From Acidobacteriota bacterium (GTDB lineage: Bacteria; Acidobacteriota; Blastocatellia; Pyrinomonadales; Pyrinomonadaceae): a DNA stretch of 64,000 bases. This document shows, piece by piece, positions 28,226 through 38,256 of the stretch. A model generated the notes under the pieces. The model was not told the origin of the DNA. It made no database searches and worked only from the letters and a program-made list of their open reading frames with translations. How positions within the stretch are numbered: the stretch's first letter is position 1; the number at the start of each line of letters is the position of its first letter. The DNA lies in assembly GCA_016700075.1 (NCBI GenBank), contig CP065000.1, positions 3,124,812-3,188,811 on the forward strand, written 5' to 3'. The position numbers and the translations under genes are program-made.

Positions 28226-28618
28226 ATGACAGATCCAATAGCCGATATGCTCACACGCATCCGCAACGCGATAGCCGCGGGGCACCAGCGTGTCGATATC
28301 CCGGGCTCGAAGCTGAAGCTCGAGGTCGCCCGCATCCTCAAGGAAGAGGGCTATATCAACAGTTTTTCGACGAAAGGCGAAGGCCCGAAATACCAGATCC
28401 GCATCGCATTGCGATACGACACGAAAGGCATTTCGTCCATCACGCACATGTCGCGCGTTTCGCGTCCGGGCCGCCGTGTTTACGTAGGTTCGCAGGAGAT
28501 CCCGAAGGTGCTCGGCGGTTACGGAATCAATATCGTTTCGACGTCTAAGGGCCTGATGAGCGGCAAGAAAGCGCGTCAAGAACGCATGGGAGGCGAGATA
28601 CTCGCAGAAGTTTATTAG
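28226..28618 (+). CDS. rpsH: 30S ribosomal protein S8
   Basis: MTDPIADMLTRIRNA. Confidence 0.98.
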   Translation: MTDPIADMLTRIRNAIAAGHQRVDIPGSKLKLEVARILKEEGYINSFSTKGEGPKYQIRIALRYDTKGISSITHMSRVSRPGRRVYVGSQEIPKVLGGYGINIVSTSKGLMSGKKARQERMGGEILAEVY

Positions 28619-28662
28619 TCAGGAACGGGTGCTGCGAGTTCGGATCTCTCCGGACACAGGCA

Positions 28663-28683
28663 ACTGACCACTGACCACTGATA
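28663..28683 (+). repeat. ACTGACC ACTGACC ACTGATA heptad array just 5' of rplF
   Basis: TGA at 28665, 28672, 28679 (all three frames). The 13-mer AACTGACCACTGA recurs at 31029-31041 upstream of secY. Confidence 0.8.
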
Positions 28684-28688
28684 CAGTT

Positions 28689-29249
28689 ATGTCACGAGTA
28701 GGAAAAAAACCTATCACCATCCCGGCGGGTGTCACCGTAAACATCGGTGAATCCGAGATGGAAGTGAAAGGGCCGAAAGGTACGCTGAAGACGCCGATCC
28801 CGGCGGGCGTGACCTTTAAACAGGAAGAAGGTACGCTGACCGCCGAAAGGGCTGGCGATGACGTCGCCGCTTTCCACGGCCTGGCACGAGCGTTGGCGAA
28901 CAACGCGGTCGTCGGTGTGACCGAAGGGTTCACCAAAGACATGGACATTGTAGGCGTCGGTTATAAGGCGGACGTTCAGGGCAAGAAGATCGTTTTCTCG
29001 CTCGGATATTCCCATCCGGTCGAATACAGGCTGCCCGACGGTATCGAAGCCAAGGCCGAAAGGGTCAATACAAAGACGTCCATCAACCAGTATCAGACGA
29101 CCATTACGCTGAGCGGCATCGATAAGCAGAAGCTTGGCCAAGTCGCCGCGGAATTGAACCGTCTGCGCAAGCCCGATGCCTATAAAGGAAAGGGCGTTCG
29201 ATATGCGGACAAGTATTACAGGCTGAAGCCGGGCAAGACCGGTAAATAG
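28689..29249 (+). CDS. rplF: 50S ribosomal protein L6
   Basis: [15 protein letters not shown]. Confidence 0.98.
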   Translation: MSRVGKKPITIPAGVTVNIGESEMEVKGPKGTLKTPIPAGVTFKQEEGTLTAERAGDDVAAFHGLARALANNAVVGVTEGFTKDMDIVGVGYKADVQGKKIVFSLGYSHPVEYRLPDGIEAKAERVNTKTSINQYQTTITLSGIDKQKLGQVAAELNRLRKPDAYKGKGVRYADKYYRLKPGKTGK

Positions 29250-29253
29250 TAGG

Positions 29254-29297
29254 TCGTGAATCGTAAATAGACAGGTTCTTTTTCACGATTCACGATC
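29254..29297. repeat. hairpin of the CGTGAATCGTAAAT family
   Basis: TCGTGAATCGT pairs perfectly with ACGATTCACGA (11 bp) plus flanks. Shares CGTGAATCGTAAATAG with 22182-22204. Confidence 0.75.
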
Positions 29298-29314
29298 CAC
29301 GAGTGACTAAGAAT

Positions 29315-29701
29315 ATGGCACAGAAGAGCAGAGCAGACATCAGAAGAGGTGTTCACAGCCGCATTCGCAAGAAAGTGAAAGGCACGGCTGAGATGCCGCG
29401 GCTTGCGGTTTTCCGCAGCCTGAACCACATCTACGCGCAGGTGATCGACGACAAGAGCGGGAAGACGCTCGCGACGGCGTCAACCACCGAAAAGGCCTTC
29501 TCGGGCAAGTCCGGCGGCAACGTCGAGGCCGCACGCGAGATCGGCAAGGCAATAGCTGAACGCGCGCAGAAGGCAGGCATCTCGAACGTAGTATTTGACC
29601 GCGGCGGATATCTCTATCACGGCCGCGTTAAGGCATTGATCGACGCCTCGAGAGAGGCCGGGCTCAACAAAACGGAAGCTGCTGCCGCGAGCGCAGAATA
29701 A
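29315..29701 (+). CDS. rplR: 50S ribosomal protein L18
   Basis: [21 protein letters not shown]...[18 protein letters not shown]. The track's GTG at 29303 abuts the hairpin arm, so I prefer ATG 29315. Confidence 0.95.
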   Translation: MAQKSRADIRRGVHSRIRKKVKGTAEMPRLAVFRSLNHIYAQVIDDKSGKTLATASTTEKAFSGKSGGNVEAAREIGKAIAERAQKAGISNVVFDRGGYLYHGRVKALIDASREAGLNKTEAAAASAE

Positions 29702-30219
29702 TGGCAGGTACGATGAATAACAAACAGCGAATTTCACCGAGCGGATTGATACTCAAAGATCAGTTGATCTCGATCAACCGTGTTACAAAGGTCGTCAAGG
29801 GCGGTAAGAATCTGTCGTTCGCGGCACTTGTCGTCGTTGGCGATGAGGCCGGACACGTCGGTTTTGGTACCGGCAAAGCGAAAGAAGTGCCGAACGCCAT
29901 TAAGAAAGCGGTCGAAGCGGCGAAGAATAACCTCATCCGCGTCCCGCTTATCGACGGAACTCTTCCGCATGAGCTGATCGGCGAATACGGAGCAGGCCGC
30001 GTTCTGCTGAAGCCGGCGTCTGAAGGAACGGGCGTAATTGCCGGCGGTGCTGTACGTGCAGTGCTGCAGTCTCTCGGCGTTCACAACGTAAGGACCAAGA
30101 TCCTCGGTTCTAACAACGCTCATAACGTAATTCGAGCTACGTTCAACGGCCTGATGCGTATGAAAGATCCGATCGAGGTCGCACGCCTCCGCGGCAAACA
30201 GGTCGACGAATTGGTCTAG
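29701..30219 (+). CDS. rpsE: 30S ribosomal protein S5
   Basis: [24 protein letters not shown]; TAATG overlap with rplR. Confidence 0.98.
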   Translation: MAGTMNNKQRISPSGLILKDQLISINRVTKVVKGGKNLSFAALVVVGDEAGHVGFGTGKAKEVPNAIKKAVEAAKNNLIRVPLIDGTLPHELIGEYGAGRVLLKPASEGTGVIAGGAVRAVLQSLGVHNVRTKILGSNNAHNVIRATFNGLMRMKDPIEVARLRGKQVDELV

Positions 30220-30244
30220 AAACGCGGGATTTGGAATTAAGATT

Positions 30245-30445
30245 ATGGCTAAGAAAACTGAAAAGGCCGATGGCCGCCTGACGATACAGTATTACCGCAG
30301 CATGATCGGTTATACTAAGGATCAGAAGGCCATTGTAAAGAGCCTCGGCATTACAAAGCTCAATCAGAAGGTCTCGCTGCCGGATTCGCCGGCGACGCGT
30401 GGGATCGTGGCGAAGATTCCGCATCTTTTGCGGATCGTGGAATAG
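30245..30445 (+). CDS. rpmD: 50S ribosomal protein L30
   Basis: LTIQYYRSMIGYTKDQKAIVKSLGI. Confidence 0.95.
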   Translation: MAKKTEKADGRLTIQYYRSMIGYTKDQKAIVKSLGITKLNQKVSLPDSPATRGIVAKIPHLLRIVE

Positions 30446-30472
30446 TGATCGGTAGATCAAAGGTCAATAGTT

Positions 30473-30949
30473 ATGGCTTTATCATTGAATAATTTACATC
30501 CGGCACCGGGCTCGACGCACAAGAAAAAGCGCGTCGGCCGCGGCCCCGGCTCCGGACTCGGCAAGACGTCGGGCCGCGGGCATAAGGGCCAGAAGTCGCG
30601 TTCGGGCTACAGCAGCCGTCCCGGTTTTGAGGGCGGACAGATGCCTCTGCAGCGTCGTTTGCCTAAGCGCGGGTTTACCAACATCTTCAAAAAGCAGTGG
30701 ATCGAGATCAGCCTTGCAAAGATCGACGCCAATTTCAACGCGGGTGATGAGGTCACGCCGGAGATCCTGCATGATCGCGGACTGATCAAAAAGGCAAAAC
30801 ACGATCTGGTGATCCTCGGTAATGGCGACATAACGAAGGCACTGAAGATCTCGTCGCATCGTTTCACGAAAACGGCGAAAGAGAAGATCGAGAAGGCCGG
30901 CGGGACTGTAACGGAGATCATTAAAGCAAAGGAAGCGGCAGCGGAATAA
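30473..30949 (+). CDS. rplO: 50S ribosomal protein L15
   Basis: [27 protein letters not shown]. Confidence 0.97.
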   Translation: MALSLNNLHPAPGSTHKKKRVGRGPGSGLGKTSGRGHKGQKSRSGYSSRPGFEGGQMPLQRRLPKRGFTNIFKKQWIEISLAKIDANFNAGDEVTPEILHDRGLIKKAKHDLVILGNGDITKALKISSHRFTKTAKEKIEKAGGTVTEIIKAKEAAAE

Positions 30950-31046
30950 TTGCGGCCGGTGAACGGCGCAGATCGGCGGGCTCAACGCCTAAGAATCGCC
31001 GACAAAGTGCCTGCCACCGAACACTTAGAACTGACCACTGAATTTT

Positions 31047-32465
31047 ATGGAGAAGTTTGTAAGCGCGGTCCAGAATATGTTCCGGGTGCCCGAGTTGCGG
31101 AAGAGAATACTCTTCACACTCGGTCTGCTCGCCGTCTATCGCTTCGGGGCCCACATAACGGCGCCCGGCATCAATAGTGCCCAGTTGGAGCGTGTGTGGG
31201 GCGAGGTCGCCGGCACGCTGCTCGGGGTTCTCGACCTGTTCTCGGGCGGAAATTTCCGCACTATTTCGGTATTCGCACTCGGCGTGACGCCTTACATAAC
31301 GGCGTCGATCATCATGCAGCTGATGCCCGTCCTCTCGCCCGCGGTCAAGAAGATCCAGGAAGAGGGCGAGGTCGGCAGGCAGAAACTAAATCAGTACACA
31401 CGGTATTTCACCGTCATTCTTTGCGCGGTGCAGACGTTCTTCGTAGCGACCTGGCTGAGCCGTAACGCGATCATTCCCGAAACATGGTGGGCTACGGCGA
31501 TGATCGTCATCACGCTTACCACAGGAACAGTATTCGTGATGTGGCTCGGTGAGCAGATCACTGAACGCGGCGTCGGAAACGGGATCTCGCTGCTTATCTT
31601 TTCGGGTATCGTCATCGGCTTGCCGAGCGGCGTGATGCAGGTGACTGAACGCGTTCGTGCGGGTGATCCGATGCAGACGCTCGGCGTTATCTTCCTCGTT
31701 GCGGTGATGGTCGCTTTGATCGCTCTCATCGTTTATGTGGAATCTGCCAGGCGGCATATCGCGATCAGCTATGCGAGCCGCCGCGTCGGCAATCAGACCT
31801 TCCGGGGACAGGAAACGACCCTCCCGCTGAAGATCAATATGGGCGGTGTCATACCCGTCATCTTTGCTTCGTCAGTATTGGCGATGCCGCAGACGCTGTT
31901 CTCGGCGTTTCCGCCGGATCCAAACGACACGACGACGACCTGGGCGAAGGTCTATGCTTTCTTCCAGCAGTTTCACGGCGGCGATCCGTATTACGAATTC
32001 GTCTTTATCTCGCTTATCGTGCTGTTCACGTTCTTTTACATCACCATCATCTTCAATACCGATGATGTGGCTGACAATCTGAGGAAGCACGGCGGATTCA
32101 TCGCCGGTATAAGGCCGGGTGCTCCGACGGCGGAATACCTCAGCACGATATTGACGCGGCTGACCGCGGTCGGTGCTCTGTATCTTGCGTTCGTTGCATT
32201 CGCCCCGCAGCTTTTGCTTAGCGGTTTCAGGGTCGCACGGCTGCCTTTCATCGGAACGGGATTGGATAACTTCCTTACCGCGACGCCGGGTTTGAGCTGG
32301 ATACCGACCGGGCTCGGTTACCAGTTCTTCTTTGGCGGTACGAGCCTGCTCATTCTGGTCGGTGTGGCGATGGACCTCGTTTCACAGATAGAGGCCCAAC
32401 TGGTAATGCGTAATTACGAAGGATTTTTGGGATCGGGTTCGCGGCTTCGCGGACGGCGGAGTTAG
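31047..32465 (+). CDS. secY: preprotein translocase subunit SecY
   Basis: 472 aa, 10-TM pattern, LFSGGNFRTISVFALGVTPYITASIIMQL. Confidence 0.97.
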   Translation: MEKFVSAVQNMFRVPELRKRILFTLGLLAVYRFGAHITAPGINSAQLERVWGEVAGTLLGVLDLFSGGNFRTISVFALGVTPYITASIIMQLMPVLSPAVKKIQEEGEVGRQKLNQYTRYFTVILCAVQTFFVATWLSRNAIIPETWWATAMIVITLTTGTVFVMWLGEQITERGVGNGISLLIFSGIVIGLPSGVMQVTERVRAGDPMQTLGVIFLVAVMVALIALIVYVESARRHIAISYASRRVGNQTFRGQETTLPLKINMGGVIPVIFASSVLAMPQTLFSAFPPDPNDTTTTWAKVYAFFQQFHGGDPYYEFVFISLIVLFTFFYITIIFNTDDVADNLRKHGGFIAGIRPGAPTAEYLSTILTRLTAVGALYLAFVAFAPQLLLSGFRVARLPFIGTGLDNFLTATPGLSWIPTGLGYQFFFGGTSLLILVGVAMDLVSQIEAQLVMRNYEGFLGSGSRLRGRRS

Positions 32466-32472
32466 TTCGTTT

Positions 32473-32545
32473 TTACCACAGAGAACACAGAGCACACAGA
32501 GTGGGTTTCTTCATTCTCTGTGAACTCTGTGTTCTCTGTGGTTAA
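32473..32545. repeat. long near-perfect hairpin of 9-nt units (CACAGAGAA CACAGAGCA CACAGAGTG)
   Basis: ACCACAGAGAACACAGAG pairs perfectly (18 bp) with CTCTGTGTTCTCTGTGGT and continues imperfectly. secY-adk spacer. Confidence 0.85.
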
Positions 32546-32552
32546 GTTCTTT

Positions 32553-33200
32553 ATGGAAAAGATCATTGTATTGATCGGTGCTCCGGGAGCGGGCAAAGGA
32601 ACGCAGGCGAGGTTGCTCGAAGAACGCCGCGGCATTCCGCAGATCTCGACGGGAGATATGTTTCGCGAGATGAAGACGCTTGATACGCCGCTGGCAAGAG
32701 AAGTGCAGGAGATAATGGCGTCAGGAAAGCTTATCTCGGATGACATCACCTATCGCATCGTTCGCGAACGCACTTCGAAAGATGATACGCAAGGCAGTTA
32801 CGTCCTCGACGGTTATCCGCGGACAGCGGTGCAGGCGGAACAGCTCGAAGAACTCGCAAAAGAGCAAGACAAAGAGATCGTCGCCATCGAAGTTGACGTA
32901 CCGAGTGACGAGTTGATGAAACGCCTGGCGGGCCGGCGAAGCTGCCCGGAGTGCGGTGAGATCTATAATATTTATTCGAAGCCGCCAAAGGCTGAAGGCG
33001 TATGCGATGAACATCCGCAAACGCCGCTCTTGCATCGGGCGGACGATACTGAAGAAAAGGTCGCTGTCAGGCTTGCGACCTATGACGAGCAGACGAAGCC
33101 GCTGCTCGACTATTATGCAAATTCGGGCCGGCTGAAAAAGATCGACGGAACGGGCGAGATCGAAGATATCTACACTGAGCTTCTAGGCGTTTTATCGTAA
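32553..33200 (+). CDS. adk: adenylate kinase (Cys-containing lid)
   Basis: MEKIIVLIGAPGAGKGTQ; lid CPECGEIYNIY...GVCDEH. The track's upstream GTG start lies inside the hairpin repeat. Confidence 0.96.
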   Translation: MEKIIVLIGAPGAGKGTQARLLEERRGIPQISTGDMFREMKTLDTPLAREVQEIMASGKLISDDITYRIVRERTSKDDTQGSYVLDGYPRTAVQAEQLEELAKEQDKEIVAIEVDVPSDELMKRLAGRRSCPECGEIYNIYSKPPKAEGVCDEHPQTPLLHRADDTEEKVAVRLATYDEQTKPLLDYYANSGRLKKIDGTGEIEDIYTELLGVLS

Positions 33201-33206
33201 AGGAAT

Positions 33207-33240
33207 ACTCTGTGAACTCAGTGTTCTCTGTGGTAAGTTC
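33207..33240 (+). repeat. orphan copy of the distal arm of the 32473-32545 hairpin
   Basis: ACTCTGTGAACTCAGTGTTCTCTGTGGTAAGTTC versus TCTCTGTGAACTCTGTGTTCTCTGTGGTTAAGTTC at 32514-32548. Both spuriously translate as MNSVFSVV in the ORF track. Confidence 0.8.
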
Positions 33241-33256
33241 GTTTTTTCGCAAGAAT

Positions 33257-34048
33257 ATGATCATCGCGAAATCTGCAAAAGACTTGGACAAAATGCGAGA
33301 GGTCGGCGAGCTCATCGCGGGAGTACGCGAAGCTTTGCGTTCAATGGTCGAACCGGGCATCTCGACGATGGAGCTGAACAACGCCGCCGAAAAAATGATG
33401 CGTGACGCCGGTGCGATACCGACCTTCATCGGATACCACGGCTTCCCATACGCTATATGCGCGTCAGTTAATGATGAGATAGTGCACGGTTTTTCGAAGA
33501 CAACGCCGCTGAAAGAGGGCGATATTTTGTCGATAGATATGGCCGCGACCTACAACGGTTTTATCGGCGATACAGCGACGACCATTCCCGTGGGAAAGAT
33601 AACGGACGAATTGAAGCAACTGATCCGTGTCACGGAAGAATGCCTGCATTTCGGTATTCAGGCCGCCCGTGTCGGCAATCGGATCGGCGACATCGGTTGG
33701 GCAGTGCAGCAGCACGCGGAAAAATTCGGCTACGGGATCGTTCGCGACTATACGGGCCACGGCATCGGCAGACAGATGCACGAGGCTCCGCAAATACCAA
33801 ACTACGGCCGGCCCGGCACAAAAGAGAAGATCCGTGCGGGTTATTGTTTTGCTATCGAGCCGATGCTGAACATGGGTACTCATGAGACCCGTACGCTTAG
33901 CGATAAATGGACCGTCGTTACGGTTGATGGACTGCCTTCGGCCCACGCAGAACATACGATTGCGGTGACTGAGGACGGGCCGGAAATATTGACGTTGACG
34001 CGGGAACAGAAACAGCAGCTTCGTTCGGGTGCATCGGTGGGGGCATAA
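33257..34048 (+). CDS. map: type I methionine aminopeptidase
   Basis: MIIAKSAKDLDKMREVG...ICASVNDEIVHG...DIGWAVQQHAE...GHGIGRQMHE...EHTIAVTEDGPEILT. Confidence 0.96.
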   Translation: MIIAKSAKDLDKMREVGELIAGVREALRSMVEPGISTMELNNAAEKMMRDAGAIPTFIGYHGFPYAICASVNDEIVHGFSKTTPLKEGDILSIDMAATYNGFIGDTATTIPVGKITDELKQLIRVTEECLHFGIQAARVGNRIGDIGWAVQQHAEKFGYGIVRDYTGHGIGRQMHEAPQIPNYGRPGTKEKIRAGYCFAIEPMLNMGTHETRTLSDKWTVVTVDGLPSAHAEHTIAVTEDGPEILTLTREQKQQLRSGASVGA

Positions 34049-34062
34049 CTGCGTTTCTGCAC

Positions 34063-34091
34063 TTGAAAAGTTGCTGTCCAAACGGTAATAT
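34063..34091 (+). promoter_or_regulatory. internal sigma70-type promoter candidate for rpmJ-rpsM-rpsK-rpsD-rpoA-rplQ
   Basis: TTGAAA (34063-34068), 17-nt spacer, TAATAT (34086-34091). Confidence 0.5.
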
Positions 34092-34172
34092 TTGAAGTTT
34101 GCCCAACTATTCAGTGAGTTGGCAGTGCTTGGACGCCTCAAATTGAGGCAATTTATAGGCTGGTGAAATGAA

Positions 34173-34286
34173 ATGAAAGTACGTCCTTCAGTAAAAAAGA
34201 TGTGCGATAAGTGCAAGGTGATACACCGCAGGGGCGTAGTGCGCGTCATTTGCGAGAACCCTAAGCATAAACAAAGACAAGGTTAA
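34173..34286 (+). CDS. rpmJ: 50S ribosomal protein L36 (Zn-ribbon form)
   Basis: Below the ORF-track size cutoff. My translation is [37 protein letters not shown]. Confidence 0.95.
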   Translation: MKVRPSVKKMCDKCKVIHRRGVVRVICENPKHKQRQG

Positions 34287-34297
34287 AATTACGAGTT

Positions 34298-34681
34298 ATG
34301 GCACGTGTAGCAGGTGTTGACCTACCGCCCAACAAGAGGGCACAGATCGGGATGACCTACATCTATGGTGTTGGCAAATCACGCGCGACCGCGATATTGA
34401 ACGAGGTCGGTGTTGATATTCACACGAAGATCCGAGATATCAGCGAAGACGATCTGAACAAGATCCGTACGCTGCTCGACCAACAGGGCGAGATCGAGGG
34501 TGACCTTCGCAAGCGTATCCAGATGGACATCAAGCGCCTAATGGACATTTCGTGTCACAGAGGGCTGCGTCACCGCAGGAGCCTGCCGGTACGCGGTCAG
34601 AGGACGCATACGAACGCGCGTACACGCAAGGGACCGAGGAAAGCTGCGGTCGCTAAGAAGAAGGCACCGGGCAAGAAATAG
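34298..34681 (+). CDS. rpsM: 30S ribosomal protein S13
   Basis: [14 protein letters not shown]...[26 protein letters not shown]. Confidence 0.98.
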   Translation: MARVAGVDLPPNKRAQIGMTYIYGVGKSRATAILNEVGVDIHTKIRDISEDDLNKIRTLLDQQGEIEGDLRKRIQMDIKRLMDISCHRGLRHRRSLPVRGQRTHTNARTRKGPRKAAVAKKKAPGKK

Positions 34682-34731
34682 CGGCCGGTTGTCTGTTGTC
34701 GGTTTTCAGCAAAAACAATATGCTGCCGGTA

Positions 34732-34765
34732 ACTGACAACTGACGACTGACAACAGATTACTGAT
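34732..34765 (+). repeat. ACTGACA ACTGACG ACTGACA ... ACTGATA heptad array abutting the rpsK ATG
   Basis: TGA at 34734, 34741, 34748 and 34762. TCTGTTGTC (about 34692-34700) can pair with GACAACAGA (about 34749-34757). Confidence 0.8.
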
Positions 34766-35167
34766 ATGGCAAAAGCTGCAGCAAAAGGGAAAAAGACCTT
34801 CAAGAAGAAAGAGAAAAAGAACATACCTCAAGGTATCGTTCATATTTCGGCTTCCTTTAATAATACGCTCATCTCGATCACCGACACGCAGGGCAACCTC
34901 GTGGCTCAGTGCTCTTCGGGTGCACGCGGTTTCCGCGGTTCGCGTAAAGGAACGCCGTTCGCCGCACAGCAGGCAGCGGCCGATGTTGCCAGAAAGGCAC
35001 AGGACGCCGGCATGCGTGAGGTCGAAGTTCGGGTGAAAGGGCCGGGCGGCGGACGCGAGTCAGCGATCCGGGCGATCAATCAGGCGGGCATTCGCGTCAC
35101 ATCGATACGCGACACCACGCCGATCCCGCACAATGGCTGCAGGCCGCCGAAACGCAGGCGTGTTTGA
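34766..35167 (+). CDS. rpsK: 30S ribosomal protein S11
   Basis: [18 protein letters not shown]...[16 protein letters not shown]. Confidence 0.98.
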   Translation: MAKAAAKGKKTFKKKEKKNIPQGIVHISASFNNTLISITDTQGNLVAQCSSGARGFRGSRKGTPFAAQQAAADVARKAQDAGMREVEVRVKGPGGGRESAIRAINQAGIRVTSIRDTTPIPHNGCRPPKRRRV

Positions 35168-35265
35168 TGTTTTTAGTTTGATCTAAAGGACGAAGGGGAA
35201 CATAAGGTTTCCCGTAAACTTTTTCTCAGAAAGCCCATGCTTTCTGTTGAAGGCAGAAATAAATT

Positions 35266-35898
35266 ATGGCTAGATATAGAGATGCCGTCTGCCGGCTATG
35301 CCGGAGAGAAGGCGCAAAGTTGTTTTTAAAAGGTGACCGCTGCTACCGTTCGTCGTGTGCGATCGAAAAACGCGGCACTAACCCGCCGGGACAGCACGGT
35401 GCTGCCCGAAGAAAGATGCTTGCCGGCTACGGCGAACAGCTTCGTGAGAAGCAGAAAGTAAAACGCATCTATTTCATCCTCGAAAAGCAGTTCAGGAATT
35501 ACTTCGAAAAAGCCCGACGCCAGAAAGGCGTTACGGGCGAGAATCTGCTTTTCATGCTTGAACGCCGCTTGGATAACGTAGTGTACCGTTCGGGCTTTTC
35601 TACCTCGCGTCGTCAGGCTCGCCAGCTTGTGAATCACGGGCACATCACGGTCAACGGCCGCAAGGTGGATATTCCTTCGTTTCAGGTCAAGCAGGGCGAC
35701 GTGGTTGCGGTGAAGGGCCGTACGGTCAAGAACGTTCACGTTGACGGAGCATGGGCGACATCGACAGGACGCGGACGCCCGCAGTGGCTTTCTGCCGAAG
35801 GCAAAGAGATGGCCGTTACCGTTTCGGGCCTGCCGCGGCGTGAGGACATCGACAGCAACATCAACGAGCAGTTGATCGTTGAGCTTTACAGTAAGTAA
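35266..35898 (+). CDS. rpsD: 30S ribosomal protein S4
   Basis: [26 protein letters not shown]. Confidence 0.98.
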   Translation: MARYRDAVCRLCRREGAKLFLKGDRCYRSSCAIEKRGTNPPGQHGAARRKMLAGYGEQLREKQKVKRIYFILEKQFRNYFEKARRQKGVTGENLLFMLERRLDNVVYRSGFSTSRRQARQLVNHGHITVNGRKVDIPSFQVKQGDVVAVKGRTVKNVHVDGAWATSTGRGRPQWLSAEGKEMAVTVSGLPRREDIDSNINEQLIVELYSK

Positions 35899-35980
35899 TT
35901 GATCAAGTTGCAGGGCGGCGAAGTTTCGGAGTTGCCGGTTTCGCCGCACCATCAACAGGCAGCTCACGGACAAAGAACAT

Positions 35981-36997
35981 ATGTCACAAAATAGCAATTG
36001 GTCAGGATTTCAAATGCCGAGCCGGCTCAACGTGGACAGCGAAACGCTGACGCCCACGTACGGCAAATTCTATGCTTCGCCTTTCGAGCGCGGCTTTGGC
36101 ACGACGGTCGGCAATTCGATTCGCAGAGCTCTGCTCTCGTCGATCGAAGGCGCCGCGATCACGGCTGTAAAGATCGAGGGCGTCGAGCACGAATTTTCAT
36201 CGATCAAGGGCGTCGTCGAGGATGCGACCGACGTTATACTCAACCTCAAGCAGGTGCCGTTCAAATTGCACGGCCAGGGACCGAAGACCCTATACATCAA
36301 TAAGAAAGGAGCCGGAGCGGTGCTCAGCGGCGACATAGAAACCGACGGCGACGTTGAGGTGCTTGACGGCGACGTCCACATCGCAACGCTCGGCCAGGGC
36401 GGGTCGCTCGTGGTCGAGATGAGGCTCAAGAAAGGCCGCGGCTACGTGTCGGCGGAGAACAACCTTGATGAGGATCTTTCGGTCGGATACATTCCGCTTG
36501 ATTCGGTGCATTCGCCGATCAAAAAGGTCAACTACACCGTCGATAAAACGCGTTCGGGCTCGAACACGGAACTTGACAAGCTCACTCTCGAAGTTTGGAC
36601 CGACGGTTCTGTCAAACCTGAAGATTCTATCGGCCTTGCCGCGAAACTGGTCAAGGATCATATGTCGATCTTCATCAATTTCGAGGAAGAGGAAGAAGAA
36701 TACAAGTACGAGGACATCGCTCGTCCGCCTCTGATGCGGAACGACCTGCTCGACAAATCGGTTGACGAACTCGAGCTTTCTGTCCGTTCGTATAATTGCC
36801 TGAAGAACGCGGACATCCGTTCGATCCGCGACCTGATCCGACGCAGCGAAAAGGAAATGCTCGGAACAAAGAATTTCGGCAAGAAATCGCTGACCGAGAT
36901 CAAGGATATGCTTCACGGCATGGGGCTTGATTTCGGGATGGACTTTGACGAGAACGGAAACCCGATCCCGGGAACGGGCGGAAGAGATCTGGATTAA
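35981..36997 (+). CDS. rpoA: DNA-directed RNA polymerase subunit alpha
   Basis: [31 protein letters not shown]...[21 protein letters not shown]. Confidence 0.98.
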   Translation: MSQNSNWSGFQMPSRLNVDSETLTPTYGKFYASPFERGFGTTVGNSIRRALLSSIEGAAITAVKIEGVEHEFSSIKGVVEDATDVILNLKQVPFKLHGQGPKTLYINKKGAGAVLSGDIETDGDVEVLDGDVHIATLGQGGSLVVEMRLKKGRGYVSAENNLDEDLSVGYIPLDSVHSPIKKVNYTVDKTRSGSNTELDKLTLEVWTDGSVKPEDSIGLAAKLVKDHMSIFINFEEEEEEYKYEDIARPPLMRNDLLDKSVDELELSVRSYNCLKNADIRSIRDLIRRSEKEMLGTKNFGKKSLTEIKDMLHGMGLDFGMDFDENGNPIPGTGGRDLD

Positions 36998-37000
36998 TTA

Positions 37001-37075
37001 GTCAGGGGAATCAGGGGAGTCCGGAAAGTCTTGAAAGACTTTTTTGACTTTCCGGACTTCCGAGACTTCCTAGAC
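37001..37075. repeat. hairpin of 9-nt units (GTCAGGGGA ATCAGGGGA GTCCGGAAA GTCTTGAAA)
   Basis: GTCCGGAAAGTC (37019-37030) pairs perfectly with GACTTTCCGGAC (37046-37057). The outer arm holds GACTTCCTAGAC, complement of the GTCTAGGAAGTC word at 20213 (26304 has GTCTAGGAAGT). Confidence 0.8.
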
Positions 37076-37079
37076 TGTT

Positions 37080-37583
37080 ATGAGACACAGGAAAGCACAT
37101 CGCAAACTCGGCAGGACGACCGAGCACCGCATTTCGATGCTTCGCAATATGGCGACATCGCTTATCAATGCGGAAAATGAATACATCGTTACGACCGTAG
37201 CAAAGGCCAAAGAACTGCGTCCTTTCGTAGAGAAAGTTATTACGCTGGCACGCCACGCTGCACAGTTGGACGGCGATGCGGACGCTGCAAAGGCCGTTCA
37301 CCTGCGTCGTCAGGCGTCGAAATTCTTCCACGCCGGTAACCGCAGCTTTAAGGCGGAACAGAGCCGATTTCGAGGTAAAAAGGGCGAGGCCAAAGATACG
37401 ATCGAGCGAACTGCCGGTGTTAAGGCGGTTCAGAGGCTTTTCAATGACCTCGGCTTGCGCTATAAAGACCGTAACGGCGGTTACACCCGCATCATCCGTC
37501 TCGGCCGCCGCAGCGGCGACAATGCCGAAATGGCGGTGATCGAACTGGTCGATAACCCGCGAGAGGCCGCAGCGAACGGATAG
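37080..37583 (+). CDS. rplQ: 50S ribosomal protein L17
   Basis: [24 protein letters not shown]. Confidence 0.97.
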   Translation: MRHRKAHRKLGRTTEHRISMLRNMATSLINAENEYIVTTVAKAKELRPFVEKVITLARHAAQLDGDADAAKAVHLRRQASKFFHAGNRSFKAEQSRFRGKKGEAKDTIERTAGVKAVQRLFNDLGLRYKDRNGGYTRIIRLGRRSGDNAEMAVIELVDNPREAAANG

Positions 37584-37610
37584 TCGAAAACCTCCCGGAG
37601 GCTTGTCACT

Positions 37611-38168
37611 ATGAGCGACATCACAGCTTCTGCAAAAGCGATGGAAGACGAAACCACGGTCGAAAAGAAACACGACAACGGCAAAAAGGGGAAGCACAGT
37701 GCTGACGCTTCGTTCAACATGGACGAACTGCGCGAGCTTGCTGACCTCGTAATTGACCGCGGATTCACGGATTTTGAGTTTGAGAATGAGAATATCCGCG
37801 TTCGCCTGAGCCGAATGACCCACGCTCCTGCCGTAGTGCATCACGCGGCTCCGGCTCCACCGCCTGCAGCAGCACCTGCTCCGGCGGCCCCTGCAGCTGA
37901 GGCCGCACCCGCAGCGGATGAGGACGAAGGGCTGCACAAGATAGTTTCGCCCATTGTCGGCACGTTCTATCGTGCTCCCGGTCCGGACAAAGATCCATTT
38001 GTAAAAGAAGGTTCTCAAGTCGGCCCGACAACGACCGTGTGCATTGTCGAGGCGATGAAGCTAATGAACGAGATCGAGGCGGAGGTTTCGGGCGAGATCG
38101 TTAAGATATACGTCGAGAACGGCCAGCCTGTCGAATACGGCCAGCCGCTCTTCGCAGTTAAAAAATAA
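37611..38168 (+). CDS. accB: acetyl-CoA carboxylase biotin carboxyl carrier protein
   Basis: Pro/Ala linker then biotinyl motif [15 protein letters not shown]. Confidence 0.95.
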   Translation: MSDITASAKAMEDETTVEKKHDNGKKGKHSADASFNMDELRELADLVIDRGFTDFEFENENIRVRLSRMTHAPAVVHHAAPAPPPAAAPAPAAPAAEAAPAADEDEGLHKIVSPIVGTFYRAPGPDKDPFVKEGSQVGPTTTVCIVEAMKLMNEIEAEVSGEIVKIYVENGQPVEYGQPLFAVKK

Positions 38169-38176
38169 GATATTTC

Positions 38177-38248
38177 AGCCACGAATAACACGAATAGCAC
38201 GAATTACCGGAACTTCTCTTATTCGTGAAATGTGTGTAATTCGTGGCT
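38177..38248. repeat. imperfect hairpin of 9-nt units (CACGAATAA CACGAATAG CACGAATTA)
   Basis: AGCCACGAAT... (38177) pairs with ...ATTCGTGGCT (38248). Same word family as 11013-11089. Confidence 0.7.
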
Positions 38249-38256
38249 AGGTTTTT

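Noticed and set aside
32520-33256. N-terminal extensions MNSVFSVV... on the adk and map ORFs in the track
   Set aside because: Both arise from GTG codons inside two copies of the same intergenic hairpin arm. Canonical N-termini (MEKIIVLIGAPGAGKG, MIIAKSAKDL) begin at downstream ATGs.
34049-34172. Expected infA (IF-1) between map and rpmJ
   Set aside because: The gap is only 124 nt and holds no S1-like ORF in any frame. infA must lie elsewhere. I treat this as a gene-order variant, not a finding in itself.
20204-37075. Periodic intergenic repeats considered as CRISPR-like arrays
   Set aside because: The periods are only 7-9 nt with no unique spacers. The arrays are under 120 nt, arranged as inverted repeats at cistron junctions, and no cas genes are present.
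37011-38018. 335-codon minus-strand ORF, plus other long antisense ORFs (17746-18453, 18714-19637, 33464-34249, 35326-35997, 36290-36916, 38158-38967, 46150-46794, 47785-48435, 50591-51277, 53990-54559)
   Set aside because: All lie wholly inside highly conserved genes on the other strand (rplQ/accB, fusA, tuf, map, rpsD, rpoA, accC, FTCD, the carrier, cca, rpoD). They are typical GC-rich shadow ORFs.
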